Of a DNA stretch of 32,055 bases, positions 19,397-29,381 are shown piece by piece. The position numbers were made by a program, and so were the translations under genes. Origin of the DNA: Elusimicrobiales bacterium (GTDB taxonomy: Bacteria; Elusimicrobiota; Elusimicrobia; Elusimicrobiales; UBA9959); assembly GCA_049972095.1 (NCBI GenBank), contig JBMFKQ010000018.1, forward strand, positions 1-32,055, in the 5' to 3' direction. The notes under the pieces are model-generated. The model did no database searches, was not told the origin of the DNA, and worked only from the letters and a program-made list of their open reading frames with translations. Every line of letters starts with the position of its first letter. Position 1 is the stretch's first letter.

Positions 19397-21958
19397 ATGG
19401 AGCAAGCAAAAAAAGATTATTTTTTTGCTATTGCGCTAATCTTTTTTTTAGGAGCTTATCTTTTCCCATCTTCTTTTGAAGATTTGAACCTCAAAAAAAA
19501 ATCACACAAAAATGGAGAGAATACATCTATAAGTAGCATTGATATTGATACCAATGTTATAGCTCACATTATTGACAACTATTCCTTTGATGAGGATGTA
19601 AAAGACCCCTACAAGATTTTAAGGAACTGGAGGCTTATAGGGAAAAAACCCGAGAAGGTTGCAGATACATTTGTTGAACTGACATCATCAATGAGTGATG
19701 AAGAGAAAAGAAAACTTATTGAAGAATATCAGGGGCAGATCTCTGTTCTTCTTGATAAGCTTGACAGCAAAAAATCTGTTAAATTCCAGATAGTTCTTGA
19801 GATTGTGGTGAATTCAGGATTTATTATAGATCCTGGTAATTTTGAAAACTTCAAGTCGATTGCTGATGAAGTGATAAAAAGATATGTTAAGGAATACAAC
19901 AATCTTGTAAGAAGGATGCCTCCTGAAAAGCGCTTGCCTGAGATATCAACAACTACTCTTAACTATGATAATCCTATTAACAAGCTTATAGAATTTAGCA
20001 AGAAAATAAGATTATCTCCTCATGCATCACTTTCCATGGCAGAGAATATAAGCATCAAATTTTCAACCAATACATCTGTTCAGAACACCCTTTCATATCT
20101 TTTTCTTGAAAATTCTAAATATGAGGAGGCTGAAAAATATGCATCAAAAGCCATAGAGATTAGTCCAAATAATTTTGAAGCTTACACACTTAGATCTCAG
20201 GCAAGGTTCTCTCTAAAGGATATAAAAGGTGCCATAGAGGATATAAAAAAAGCAAGTCAGATAGATCCCTCGGATGAGACTGCAAGACTTGTTGCCACAT
20301 ATTTTGAAAAACGAAAAGATTTTGACTTATCAAAAATATCTGCTATAAAAGATAGCTTTGCAGAAAGCGATATAATAAGGGAAGGTTCAGTTCAATCGGC
20401 TTCAAAATCGACTGTTTTAGAAAACCAGACTGTTTTTGCCGATCAGCGTGGAAGGGTTCTTAGCGATGATGATAAAAGATCTGCGTATTATCTTAAGATG
20501 GCTCAGATAAAAACTGGGATGAAGGACTATACTGATGCACTTATGTATATTAACAAGGCTATTGAAGCAAATCCGTCAAATCTTGATGCCTATATAGAAA
20601 GGGCTAATATACATAATCTTGTGGGTAATTATTCTGATGCGGTATCTGATGCTACATTTGTTTTAAGACATGACCCTAACAATATATTTGCTTTAAATAT
20701 ACGCGCCTGGGCGCTTTATAGACAGGGTGAGCTTGATAAAGCATATTATGATACATCAAAGGCTATAGATATAAAGCCAAATTTTGCTGATGCAATGTTT
20801 CTTAGAGCTCTCATATATGAAAAACAGAGCAGATATGATGATATGCTTAGAGATCTTGAGAAAGCAAGCAAGCTAAATCCTGCATACACATCATATTTCA
20901 AGGATGCTGTTGCTGCATATTCTTATCGTGCGCCTATTTTTATAAACTATTATGACAGAAACAGGGATATCTTCAAAGATGACACATCTAAAGATCACTT
21001 TGATATAAAGCGTTTTTCTGTTCTTCTTTTGCTTACGCTAATTGGTGGTGCTCTTATAGGTATATCTCTTCTTCATATGCTTTCCCCAAGAATCACTCAT
21101 TCTACAACAAGCTCCTCAGCTATCTCAATAACTGATACTATTACTCCAAATATCTTTTATGAAGGTGTTGCCAGTGGAAAGTATCGTATAGTTAAAAAGA
21201 TAGGACAGGGTGGCATGGGAACGGTTTATCTTGCCATAGATCAATCGCTTAACAGAGAGGTTGCGATAAAAAAGATGAACGAGGATATAAAAATGAACGA
21301 GAGAGAAAAGCAGAGGTTTATTGAGGAAGCCAGAACAGTTGCAATGCTTCATCATCCAAATATAATAGAGATATACACCATATTTGAGGAGAAAGGGGAT
21401 CTTTATCTTGTTTTTGAGTATATTGATGGAATAAGCCTTGATGAGAAACTTGAGGAGGCTGTGCGCATGCCATTCTTTGAGGTTAAGCCTATAATTAGCG
21501 AGATAGCCAAGGCTCTTAAATATGCCCATTCAAGAAATGTCATTCACAGGGATCTTAAGCTTTCCAATGTTATGATATCTAAAGACGGATTTGTTAAGGT
21601 TACAGATTTTGGGCTTGCTAAGGTTATAAGAGAGGCTAAGGCAAGGTATTCATCAAATGAAGTAGTTGGAAGCCCGGCATATATGGCACCTGAGCAGGAT
21701 AATGGAATATTTGTTAAGGAATCTGATCTTTATTCTCTTGGTGTGTGTATATATGAGCTTCTTGTGGGTGAACTTCCGTTTTCAGGTCCGGATTATCACT
21801 ATCAGAAAGAGAGAAAACTATATACTCCTCTTTCTCACATAGTTGCAGGAGTTCCAAAGGATATAGATAGGATTGTTTCAAAACTTCTTGAACCTGATCC
21901 GCAGTATAGATATAGAACTGCTGATGAATTTCTTAAAGATTTTGAAAATCTCTCCTAA
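19397..21958 (+). CDS. TPR-repeat, single-pass membrane Hanks-type Ser/Thr protein kinase (C-terminal kinase domain)
   Basis: N-terminal signal/TM and two TPR blocks (KAIEISPNNFEAY, KAIEANPSNLDAY, KAIDIKPNFADAM). TM FSVLLLLTLIGGALIGISLL. Kinase motifs GQGGMGTVY, VAIK, HRDLKLSN, DFG and YMAPE are intact. Confidence 0.93.
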   Translation: MEQAKKDYFFAIALIFFLGAYLFPSSFEDLNLKKKSHKNGENTSISSIDIDTNVIAHIIDNYSFDEDVKDPYKILRNWRLIGKKPEKVADTFVELTSSMSDEEKRKLIEEYQGQISVLLDKLDSKKSVKFQIVLEIVVNSGFIIDPGNFENFKSIADEVIKRYVKEYNNLVRRMPPEKRLPEISTTTLNYDNPINKLIEFSKKIRLSPHASLSMAENISIKFSTNTSVQNTLSYLFLENSKYEEAEKYASKAIEISPNNFEAYTLRSQARFSLKDIKGAIEDIKKASQIDPSDETARLVATYFEKRKDFDLSKISAIKDSFAESDIIREGSVQSASKSTVLENQTVFADQRGRVLSDDDKRSAYYLKMAQIKTGMKDYTDALMYINKAIEANPSNLDAYIERANIHNLVGNYSDAVSDATFVLRHDPNNIFALNIRAWALYRQGELDKAYYDTSKAIDIKPNFADAMFLRALIYEKQSRYDDMLRDLEKASKLNPAYTSYFKDAVAAYSYRAPIFINYYDRNRDIFKDDTSKDHFDIKRFSVLLLLTLIGGALIGISLLHMLSPRITHSTTSSSAISITDTITPNIFYEGVASGKYRIVKKIGQGGMGTVYLAIDQSLNREVAIKKMNEDIKMNEREKQRFIEEARTVAMLHHPNIIEIYTIFEEKGDLYLVFEYIDGISLDEKLEEAVRMPFFEVKPIISEIAKALKYAHSRNVIHRDLKLSNVMISKDGFVKVTDFGLAKVIREAKARYSSNEVVGSPAYMAPEQDNGIFVKESDLYSLGVCIYELLVGELPFSGPDYHYQKERKLYTPLSHIVAGVPKDIDRIVSKLLEPDPQYRYRTADEFLKDFENLS

Positions 21959-21988
21959 GAATTTTTCACTGAATATTTCTTTCTAAAT

Positions 21989-22027
21989 AATCTCATTTAT
22001 ACGCCCGTAAACCCCGTGAGATTTTTT
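21989..22027 (+). terminator. Possible terminator or hairpin after the kinase gene
   Basis: AATCTCA (21989-21995) pairs with TGAGATT (22017-22023) around an inner TACG-CC-CGTA, followed by Ts. The stem is weak. Confidence 0.3.
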
Positions 22028-22092
22028 GATTTGTTTCATATTATATCTAAAAATGCAAAAATCTGCTAAAATTTATGAAGGAGGTGTTGTTT

Positions 22093-23115
22093 ATGAAGGC
22101 TCTTGTCAAAAAATATCCACAGAGAGGTATATGGATGGATAATGTTCCTGAACCTGTGTGTGGTGATAATGATGTTAAAATAAGAGTGAAACAGACTGCA
22201 ATATGTGGCACAGACCTCCATATCTATAAATGGGACGATTGGGCAAAAAAAACAATACCTATTCCAATGGTAATAGGTCATGAATTTGTGGGTGAGATCA
22301 TCGAGGTTGGTAAGAATGTTAAAGGTTATAAAATATCTCAGCGTGTAAGTGCAGAGGGACATATAACATGTGGTTACTGTCGGAACTGCAGGGCTGGAAG
22401 GAGGCATTTATGCATAAACACAAAAGGTATAGGTGTAAATATACCGGGTGCCTTTGCTGAGTATATAGTTGTGCCACAGGAGAATATTTTTCCGGTTCCT
22501 GATGATATAAGCGATGATGAGGCTAGTATATTTGATCCCCTAGGTAATGCTGTTCATAGCGTTTTGTCATTTGATGTTTCAGGTGAGGATGTTCTAATAA
22601 CGGGTGCAGGCCCTATAGGGATAATGGCTGCTATTATATGCAAATATCTGGGTGCAAGGCATATTGTCATAACAGATATAAATGAATACAGACTTGAGCT
22701 TGCTAGAAGATGCGGTATAAAAAATGTTATTGATGCAAGAAATGAAAAACTTGATGATGTGATGAAAAGGCTTGGCATGAAGGAGGGTTTTGATGTCGGA
22801 TATGAGATGAGTGGAAGCCCTGTTGCATTCAACGATATGCTTAGTGTGCTTAGAATGGGGGCAGGAATAGGTCTTTTGGGAATACTTCCTGACGATACTA
22901 AAATTTCCTGGAGCAGTGTTATATTCAAGGCATTTAATATAAAATGCATATATGGAAGACAGATATTTGAAACATGGTATAAGATGGGCGCAATGATACA
23001 GGGTGGGCTTAATATAAAAGGGGTTATAACACATCATTTTAGTGTGGATGAGTATGAAAAAGCCTTTGAAGTGATGAATAGTGGAAAGAGTGGTAAGATT
23101 ATTTTGCGGTGGTGA
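22093..23115 (+). CDS. tdh: L-threonine 3-dehydrogenase
   Basis: [58 protein letters not shown] and [23 protein letters not shown] before the ATG at 22093; extended -10 TGCTAAAAT at 22063-22071. Confidence 0.96.
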   Translation: MKALVKKYPQRGIWMDNVPEPVCGDNDVKIRVKQTAICGTDLHIYKWDDWAKKTIPIPMVIGHEFVGEIIEVGKNVKGYKISQRVSAEGHITCGYCRNCRAGRRHLCINTKGIGVNIPGAFAEYIVVPQENIFPVPDDISDDEASIFDPLGNAVHSVLSFDVSGEDVLITGAGPIGIMAAIICKYLGARHIVITDINEYRLELARRCGIKNVIDARNEKLDDVMKRLGMKEGFDVGYEMSGSPVAFNDMLSVLRMGAGIGLLGILPDDTKISWSSVIFKAFNIKCIYGRQIFETWYKMGAMIQGGLNIKGVITHHFSVDEYEKAFEVMNSGKSGKIILRW

Positions 23116-23116
23116 T

Positions 23117-24292
23117 GTGAAGTTTTGTGTTGTTTTTGTATTTTTCTTAACCTCATGCTCTTATATTGATTCAAAGATTGGTGATTATTACTTTTCAAGG
23201 GCAAAAAAAATATCCTCAAAACACGAAATAAGTGAGTCAGAGGTTGAAAGGTTTTATACATATATTATAAAGGCTGTTGAGAAAAAAAAGAACCTACCGC
23301 AAGCTGTTGAGATGGTTGAAATGGTTACTGATGCAAGTGTTAAGGCTGGTTATCTTAAAGCCTATGATAATCAGCTTAAGTTTTATCTGAGATATATAGA
23401 GATTAACCCGCATGCTTGGAATGTATATTTGAGTATAATAAATTTTTTTTCTCTCAAAGGAGATATACATAAGCTTTTAAATCTTGTTTTTGATTTTGAA
23501 AAAAGATCATTTCAAGATCCTCATTTTAAGCTTCTTTCATTTATAGCTCAAACAAATCTTCTTTACTGGTTTGAAAGTTATGGATATCTTTCTATTTCAG
23601 ATGATTATGATACAGTAAGGGATTATCTTTCAAAATACTGTTCTTCATTTAAAAGCATTAATGATATTGTTCTTCTTGATAAGCAGGGTTATTTTAAAAA
23701 TGCTGATCCCACCCTTTATTATTACTATTTCACCTCCCTTAATGATCTTCTTTCAAAAGAGGATTCCATCACAAAAAATTGTGAAATACTCAATAGAATA
23801 AAATCAAATTCAAATTATTCAAAGATAATAAGATACTTTGTTAGTGGTAATCATTACTTATCAAAACAGGAGTATGCAAATGCTATTATGTATTATCGTG
23901 CTGCACTAAATATGAATGAGAATTTTATTGAAGCAAAAAAAGGGCTTATTGAATCTGAGTTTCAAAATCTTCTTTCAATATCTCTAATGAAAAAAAGCAA
24001 TGAAGAGTTGATTAACTTTGTTTATGATAGACTATCCGATTTAGATGAGATAATAGCCAAAAAAAGAAAAGGAATTTCCTCCCCCGTCCCTTTTATGTCT
24101 GATGATAGGTTTATCTCATCGCTTTTTACACTTAAAGCAGCAATGTTAGGTGTTGTTTATGAGAATGAGAAAAATATTAAGAAAAAGGAGAACTACCATT
24201 CCACTATAAGATCCTGCCTTGATGAGGCTATTAAATATGATCCGACAAACAGACTTGCCAGAGATCTTTATGAGAGATTTGTTAAAAAATAG
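23117..24292 (+). CDS. TPR/alpha-solenoid lipoprotein of unknown function
   Basis: A GTG at 23117, 1 nt after the tdh stop, gives MKFCVVFVFFLTSC (lipobox LTS-C). TPR-like GNHYLSKQEYANAIMYYRAALNMNENF and LDEAIKYDPTN. Confidence 0.75.
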   Translation: MKFCVVFVFFLTSCSYIDSKIGDYYFSRAKKISSKHEISESEVERFYTYIIKAVEKKKNLPQAVEMVEMVTDASVKAGYLKAYDNQLKFYLRYIEINPHAWNVYLSIINFFSLKGDIHKLLNLVFDFEKRSFQDPHFKLLSFIAQTNLLYWFESYGYLSISDDYDTVRDYLSKYCSSFKSINDIVLLDKQGYFKNADPTLYYYYFTSLNDLLSKEDSITKNCEILNRIKSNSNYSKIIRYFVSGNHYLSKQEYANAIMYYRAALNMNENFIEAKKGLIESEFQNLLSISLMKKSNEELINFVYDRLSDLDEIIAKKRKGISSPVPFMSDDRFISSLFTLKAAMLGVVYENEKNIKKKENYHSTIRSCLDEAIKYDPTNRLARDLYERFVKK

Positions 24293-24434
24293 ATGTTGGT
24301 TTTAAAGCTTTTTGGTATTAAAATAAATTCACTTTAAAATATTTGTAAGCGTTGATTATAGGGATAATAAGTAAGGCGTTATATCTTTAAGTTTAGAAGA
24401 ATAAATTGCTAAAATAATACAGAGATACAAGAGT

Positions 24435-25301
24435 ATGAAAGGAATAATTCTTGCAGGTGGTAGTGGAACAAGACTTTATCCGATAACAAGAGCAATAACA
24501 AAGCAGCTTCTTCCTGTTTATGACAAGCCCATGATATACTATCCTCTATCAGTTCTTATGCTTTGTGGAATTAGAGATGTCCTAATAATCTCAACACCCT
24601 CAGATACACCACGCTTTGTAGATCTTTTAGGTGATGGCAGGGAACTTGGTATGAATTTTTTATATATGGTTCAGGAAAAGCCTAATGGAATAGCAGAGGC
24701 TTTTATAATCGCAAAAAACTTTATCAGAGATGAAGCTGTTGCACTTGTGCTTGGTGATAACATATTTTATGGTCATGGTCTTAGCGATCTTGTGAGTTCA
24801 GCATGTAAAAGGGCTTTTGAGTATGCAACCATATTTGCATATTATGTCAATGATCCTCAAAGATATGGTGTAGTTGAGTTTGATTCTCAAGGCAATGCAG
24901 TTTCAATTGAGGAGAAACCTAAAGAACCAAAATCAAACTGGGCTGTTGTAGGACTATATTTTTATCCACCTGATGTTGTTGAGGTTGCGTCTAAGATTAA
25001 GCCATCTGCCAGAGGTGAGCTTGAGATAACTGATGTTAACCTGATATATCTTGAAAGAAGGAAGCTTATGGTTGAGGTTATGGGAAGGGGGTATGCATGG
25101 CTTGATACAGGCACATCAGAAAGTTTAATTGAGGCAGGTAAATTCATAGAGATAATAGAGAAAAGGCAGGGGCTTAAGATTGGTTGTATTGAGGAGATTG
25201 CGTGGAGAAATGGATATATCACATCTGATGAACTTTTAAAAATTGCTACAAGATATCCAAATTCTTATGGTGATTATCTAAGAAAACTTGTAAAGAGATA
25301 A
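24435..25301 (+). CDS. rmlA: Glucose-1-phosphate thymidylyltransferase
   Basis: [45 protein letters not shown] and [11 protein letters not shown]. Extended -10 TGCTAAAAT near 24408-24416. Confidence 0.97.
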   Translation: MKGIILAGGSGTRLYPITRAITKQLLPVYDKPMIYYPLSVLMLCGIRDVLIISTPSDTPRFVDLLGDGRELGMNFLYMVQEKPNGIAEAFIIAKNFIRDEAVALVLGDNIFYGHGLSDLVSSACKRAFEYATIFAYYVNDPQRYGVVEFDSQGNAVSIEEKPKEPKSNWAVVGLYFYPPDVVEVASKIKPSARGELEITDVNLIYLERRKLMVEVMGRGYAWLDTGTSESLIEAGKFIEIIEKRQGLKIGCIEEIAWRNGYITSDELLKIATRYPNSYGDYLRKLVKR

Positions 25302-25304
25302 AAT

Positions 25305-25844
25305 ATGCCCTTTGAGTTTGAAAAAACCCATCTTGATGGAGTTCTGGTTATAAAGCCAAAGACATTTTTTGATAATCGTGGTTTTTTCAGGGAGGTTTTT
25401 AAATCAAGTGATTTTAAAAAAAAAGTTGGTGATGTTGTTTTTGTTCAGGATAATTTTTCATATTCTGTTAAAAATGTGATAAGAGGACTTCATTTTCAAA
25501 AAAAACCAAAGGAACAAGCTAAAATTGTTATGTGTATTTATGGTGAGATATTTGATGTAGCTGTGGATTTGAGAAATGAATCTCCAAATTATCTTAGATG
25601 GTTTGGTATAAGGCTTTCTTCAAATAATGGTTTCATGCTCTATATACCAAAAGGCTTTGCACACGGTTTTGCAGTTTTAAGTGAATCTGCCTGTGTATAT
25701 TACAAATGTGATGAAGAGTATTCTTTTGAACATGACTCCGGGGTGCGATATGATGATCCTGATATAGGAGTTAAATGGGGAGTTGAAAATCCAATTCTTT
25801 CAGATAAGGATTTGAAACTTCCATATATTAAAGATCTGAAATAA
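25305..25844 (+). CDS. rmlC: dTDP-4-dehydrorhamnose 3,5-epimerase
   Basis: DNRGFFRE, VQDNFSYS, RGLHFQ, DVAVDLR, YIPKGFAHGF and LSDKD. Confidence 0.96.
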   Translation: MPFEFEKTHLDGVLVIKPKTFFDNRGFFREVFKSSDFKKKVGDVVFVQDNFSYSVKNVIRGLHFQKKPKEQAKIVMCIYGEIFDVAVDLRNESPNYLRWFGIRLSSNNGFMLYIPKGFAHGFAVLSESACVYYKCDEEYSFEHDSGVRYDDPDIGVKWGVENPILSDKDLKLPYIKDLK

Positions 25845-25858
25845 AAGGGGGATCTGAA

Positions 25859-26932
25859 ATGAGAATGCTTGTTACAGGGGGTTATGGTTTTATGGGTTCG
25901 AATTTTATAAGATACCTTTTCACTGAAAGAAAATTTGATGGCTTTATAGTCAATTATGATAAGCTTACATATGCTGCAAACCCTCTAAATCTTTGCGATA
26001 TAGAGAAAAAATTTTCTAAAAGGTATTGTTTTGTTAGGGGTGATATATGTGATTACAAGAAGCTTAAAGAGATCTTTAATGAATATGCTATAGATACTGT
26101 TGTTCATTTTGCAGCAGAAAGCCATGTTGATAGGTCTATTTATGGTCCTGGTGATTTCATTAAAACAAACATAAGCGGAACATTTATTCTTCTTGAGGTT
26201 GTTAGATATTTTAAAAGCAAAGGAAGAAATATAAGATTTCATCATATAAGCACTGATGAGGTTTATGGAAGTCTTGGTCCTAAGGGTTATTTTTATGAGA
26301 CAACCTGCTATTCACCAAGAAGCCCTTATTCTGCATCAAAGGCATCAAGTGATCATCTTGTAAGAGCCTATTTCCATACATACGATATTCCTATTACTAT
26401 AACAAACTCTTCTAATAACTACGGACCATATCAATTTCCTGAAAAACTCATACCTCTAATGATACTTAACGCTGTTGAAGGGAAAAAACTTCCCATTTAT
26501 GGAGATGGCATGAATGTGAGGGATTGGATTTATGTCCTTGATCATGCATCCGCAGTTTATCTTGTGCTTGAAAAAGGAAGAATAGGAGAGACTTATAACA
26601 TAGGTGGTGAGTGTGAGAAGAAAAACATAGATGTTGTGAATAAAATATGTGACATACTTGAAAGAATCTATCCTTCTTCAAAAAATCCTTTGATGAGGGC
26701 TATAAAATATAGTGATTTAATAACATTTGTAAAGGATAGACCTGCTCATGATAGAAGATACGCCATGAACTGTGATAAGATTAAAAATGAGCTTGGATGG
26801 CAAAGAAAATACAGATTTGAAAAAGGACTTGAGATAACTGTTAAGTGGTATCTCAATAATAAAAAATGGGTTGATAGTGTGAAAAGTGGGGAATATAGAA
26901 AGTGGATAGAAAAGAATTATTCATGGAGGTGA
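25859..26932 (+). CDS. rmlB: dTDP-glucose 4,6-dehydratase
   Basis: TGGYGFMGSNF, DKLTYA, HFAAESHVDRSI, HISTDEVYG, SPYSASKA and NNYGPYQFPEKLIP. Confidence 0.97.
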   Translation: MRMLVTGGYGFMGSNFIRYLFTERKFDGFIVNYDKLTYAANPLNLCDIEKKFSKRYCFVRGDICDYKKLKEIFNEYAIDTVVHFAAESHVDRSIYGPGDFIKTNISGTFILLEVVRYFKSKGRNIRFHHISTDEVYGSLGPKGYFYETTCYSPRSPYSASKASSDHLVRAYFHTYDIPITITNSSNNYGPYQFPEKLIPLMILNAVEGKKLPIYGDGMNVRDWIYVLDHASAVYLVLEKGRIGETYNIGGECEKKNIDVVNKICDILERIYPSSKNPLMRAIKYSDLITFVKDRPAHDRRYAMNCDKIKNELGWQRKYRFEKGLEITVKWYLNNKKWVDSVKSGEYRKWIEKNYSWR

Positions 26933-26933
26933 T

Positions 26934-27977
26934 ATGAAGAAGGCACTTATAACTGGTATAAGAGGTCAAGACGGAGCTTATCTTGCAGCGCTTCTTTTAG
27001 AAAAGGGATACAAGGTTTATGGTGCAGATAGAAGGAGCAGTGATTCTGAGCTTTGGAGGCTTAGGGAGCTTGGAATAGATAAGTATGTGGAACACATATA
27101 TATGGATCTTCTTGAATATTCAAATATAGTTGATGTTATAAAGAAAATAAAACCTGATGAAATTTATAACCTTGCTGCACAGAGCTTTGTTCAGGTATCC
27201 TTTGAACAACCTATTTTGACAACTGAGGTTAATGCTGTTGGGGTTTTAAGGATGCTGGAGGCTATCAGACTTTATAGTCCTCATACTAAATTCTATCAAG
27301 CTTCAACAAGTGAGATGTATGGCAAGGTTCAGACTATTCCTCAGAATGAAAAAACCCCTTTTTATCCAAGAAGCCCTTATGCGGTTTCAAAGCTTTATGC
27401 TCACTGGATAACCATAAATTATCGTGAGTCATATAATCTTTTTGCATGCTCTGGTATTTTATTTAATCATGAATCACCGCTTAGAGGAATAGAATTTATT
27501 ACAAGAAAGACAACACTTACTGTTGCAAGGATAAAATATGGCATTGCAGATAAACTTCTTCTTGGTAATCTTGACTCAAAGCGTGATTGGGGTTATGCAA
27601 AAGAATATGTTGAAGGGATGTATATGATGCTTCAGTATAAAAAGCCGGATGACTATGTTCTTGCTACTGGTGAGACACATTCAATAAGGGAGATGGTTGA
27701 GTATGCTTTCAGATACGCTGGCTTTGATATAGTATGGAGGGGGAATGGGGTTAATGAAAAAGGGTTTGACAGGAAAAGCGGTAAGATTCTTGTTGAGGTT
27801 TCACCAAGGTATTTCAGACCCGCAGAGGTTGATTTGCTTGTTGGTGATGCATCAAAGGCAAAAAAGATTCTTGGATGGAAGCCAAAAACATCATTTTGCA
27901 AACTCATAGAGATGATGGTTGAGTCAGATCTTAAAAGAATCAGCAGATTTGGCTCATCATACAAGGAGGATGAATGA
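26934..27977 (+). CDS. gmd: GDP-mannose 4,6-dehydratase
   Basis: ALITGIRGQDGAYLA, YNLAAQSFV, FYQASTSE, PFYPRSPYAVSK, GILFNHESPLRG and RDWG. Confidence 0.97.
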   Translation: MKKALITGIRGQDGAYLAALLLEKGYKVYGADRRSSDSELWRLRELGIDKYVEHIYMDLLEYSNIVDVIKKIKPDEIYNLAAQSFVQVSFEQPILTTEVNAVGVLRMLEAIRLYSPHTKFYQASTSEMYGKVQTIPQNEKTPFYPRSPYAVSKLYAHWITINYRESYNLFACSGILFNHESPLRGIEFITRKTTLTVARIKYGIADKLLLGNLDSKRDWGYAKEYVEGMYMMLQYKKPDDYVLATGETHSIREMVEYAFRYAGFDIVWRGNGVNEKGFDRKSGKILVEVSPRYFRPAEVDLLVGDASKAKKILGWKPKTSFCKLIEMMVESDLKRISRFGSSYKEDE

Positions 27978-29380
27978 AGGTTGTGATAATGGCTGGGGGA
28001 AGTGGAACGCGACTCTGGCCACTTTCAAGAGAGAATTATCCGAAACAGTTCATTAAAATTGGGGGTGAAAGTCTTCTTTTCAAAACATATAAAAGGTTTC
28101 TTAAAATATGTAAGTCTGAGGATATATTTATTGTAACAAATGAAAAATATAAGTTTTATGTTATAAATGACCTTTCAACGCTTAATTCTGATATAGAAAA
28201 AAAACTCATACTTGAGCCGGTTCCAAGAAATACAGCAGGCGCAATACTACTTTCAATGAAGTTTCTTAAAGAAAGGACAAAAATAAAAGATAATGAGCCT
28301 CTTTTAATATCTCCTTCAGATCATATCATACTCAAAGAGGATGAGTTTAAAAAGGCGGTTGAAGATTCAATTGATTATGCATTAAATGGAGTGGTTACAT
28401 TTGGAATAAAGCCACTCTATCCTCATACAGGCTATGGTTATATAGAGATATCAAAAAAGGTTTCTCACTCTATTTTTATAGCAAAAAGATTTACTGAAAA
28501 GCCTGATGAAAAAACTGCCTTAAGCTATCTTGAATCTAAAAAATATCTATGGAATTCAGGTATGTTTTTATTCTCATACTCTGTTATGCTTGATGAGTTT
28601 AAGAAGTATATGGGTGGGATGTATAGTTTTTATAGATCACACAATCTTGATAATATGATATTAGATTTTGAAAAGCTTGAGAACATATCTATTGACTATG
28701 CAATAATGGAAAAGTCAAAAAGAATATATGTTGTTGCATCTGATATAGGATGGTCTGATGTTGGTGGATGGGAGTCATTCTCAGAGATACTTGCTCCTGA
28801 TGAGAGGGGAAATATTAAAGTTGGTGATGTCGTTGATATAAACAGCCATAACTCAATAGTTTATTCTGGCAATAAAAAGCTTATTGCTCTTATTGATATC
28901 AAGGATTTAATTGTCGTAAATACTGATGATGCAGTTTTGATAACAAAGAAGGGAAGTGGAGAGAAGGTAAGAGAGATTGTCAAAATGCTAAAAGAGAAAA
29001 ACAGCATAAAAGCCTTCGAGCACACCACGGTTTATAGACCCTGGGGGAGTTACACTGTTCTTGAAGAGGGGGAGAGATATAAAATTAAAAGGATTTTTGT
29101 AAGGCCGGGACATAAACTTAGTAATCAAATGCACTATCACAGAACTGAACACTGGGTTGTGATAAAAGGCACTGCAAGAGTTATAATGAATGATAAAGAA
29201 TATATAGTCCATGAGAATGAAAGTATATATGTTCCAAAATCAACAAGGCATAGGCTTGAAAATCCTGGTAAGGTTGATCTTGAACTGATTGAGGTTCAAA
29301 ATGGTGAGTATGTTGGAGAGGATGATATAATTCGCTTTGATGATATCTACGGGCGTATAGGTAATATTCAAAGAAAATAA
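27974..29380 (+). CDS. manC: Mannose-1-phosphate guanylyltransferase / mannose-6-phosphate isomerase
   Basis: [47 protein letters not shown], and a C-terminal cupin RPWGSY...HRTEHWVV...HRLENPG. Confidence 0.96.
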   Translation: MKVVIMAGGSGTRLWPLSRENYPKQFIKIGGESLLFKTYKRFLKICKSEDIFIVTNEKYKFYVINDLSTLNSDIEKKLILEPVPRNTAGAILLSMKFLKERTKIKDNEPLLISPSDHIILKEDEFKKAVEDSIDYALNGVVTFGIKPLYPHTGYGYIEISKKVSHSIFIAKRFTEKPDEKTALSYLESKKYLWNSGMFLFSYSVMLDEFKKYMGGMYSFYRSHNLDNMILDFEKLENISIDYAIMEKSKRIYVVASDIGWSDVGGWESFSEILAPDERGNIKVGDVVDINSHNSIVYSGNKKLIALIDIKDLIVVNTDDAVLITKKGSGEKVREIVKMLKEKNSIKAFEHTTVYRPWGSYTVLEEGERYKIKRIFVRPGHKLSNQMHYHRTEHWVVIKGTARVIMNDKEYIVHENESIYVPKSTRHRLENPGKVDLELIEVQNGEYVGEDDIIRFDDIYGRIGNIQRK

Positions 29381-29381
29381 A

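Noticed and set aside
21959..22092. Riboswitch or T-box upstream of tdh
   Set aside because: No glycine-riboswitch or T-box consensus is visible, and the likely -10 lies only about 20 nt before the start.
24345..24380. GTAAGCGTT / GTAAGGCGTT pair upstream of rmlA as an ops/JUMPstart element
   Set aside because: It does not match GGCGGTAG, lies upstream of the likely -10, and is too short to distinguish from chance.
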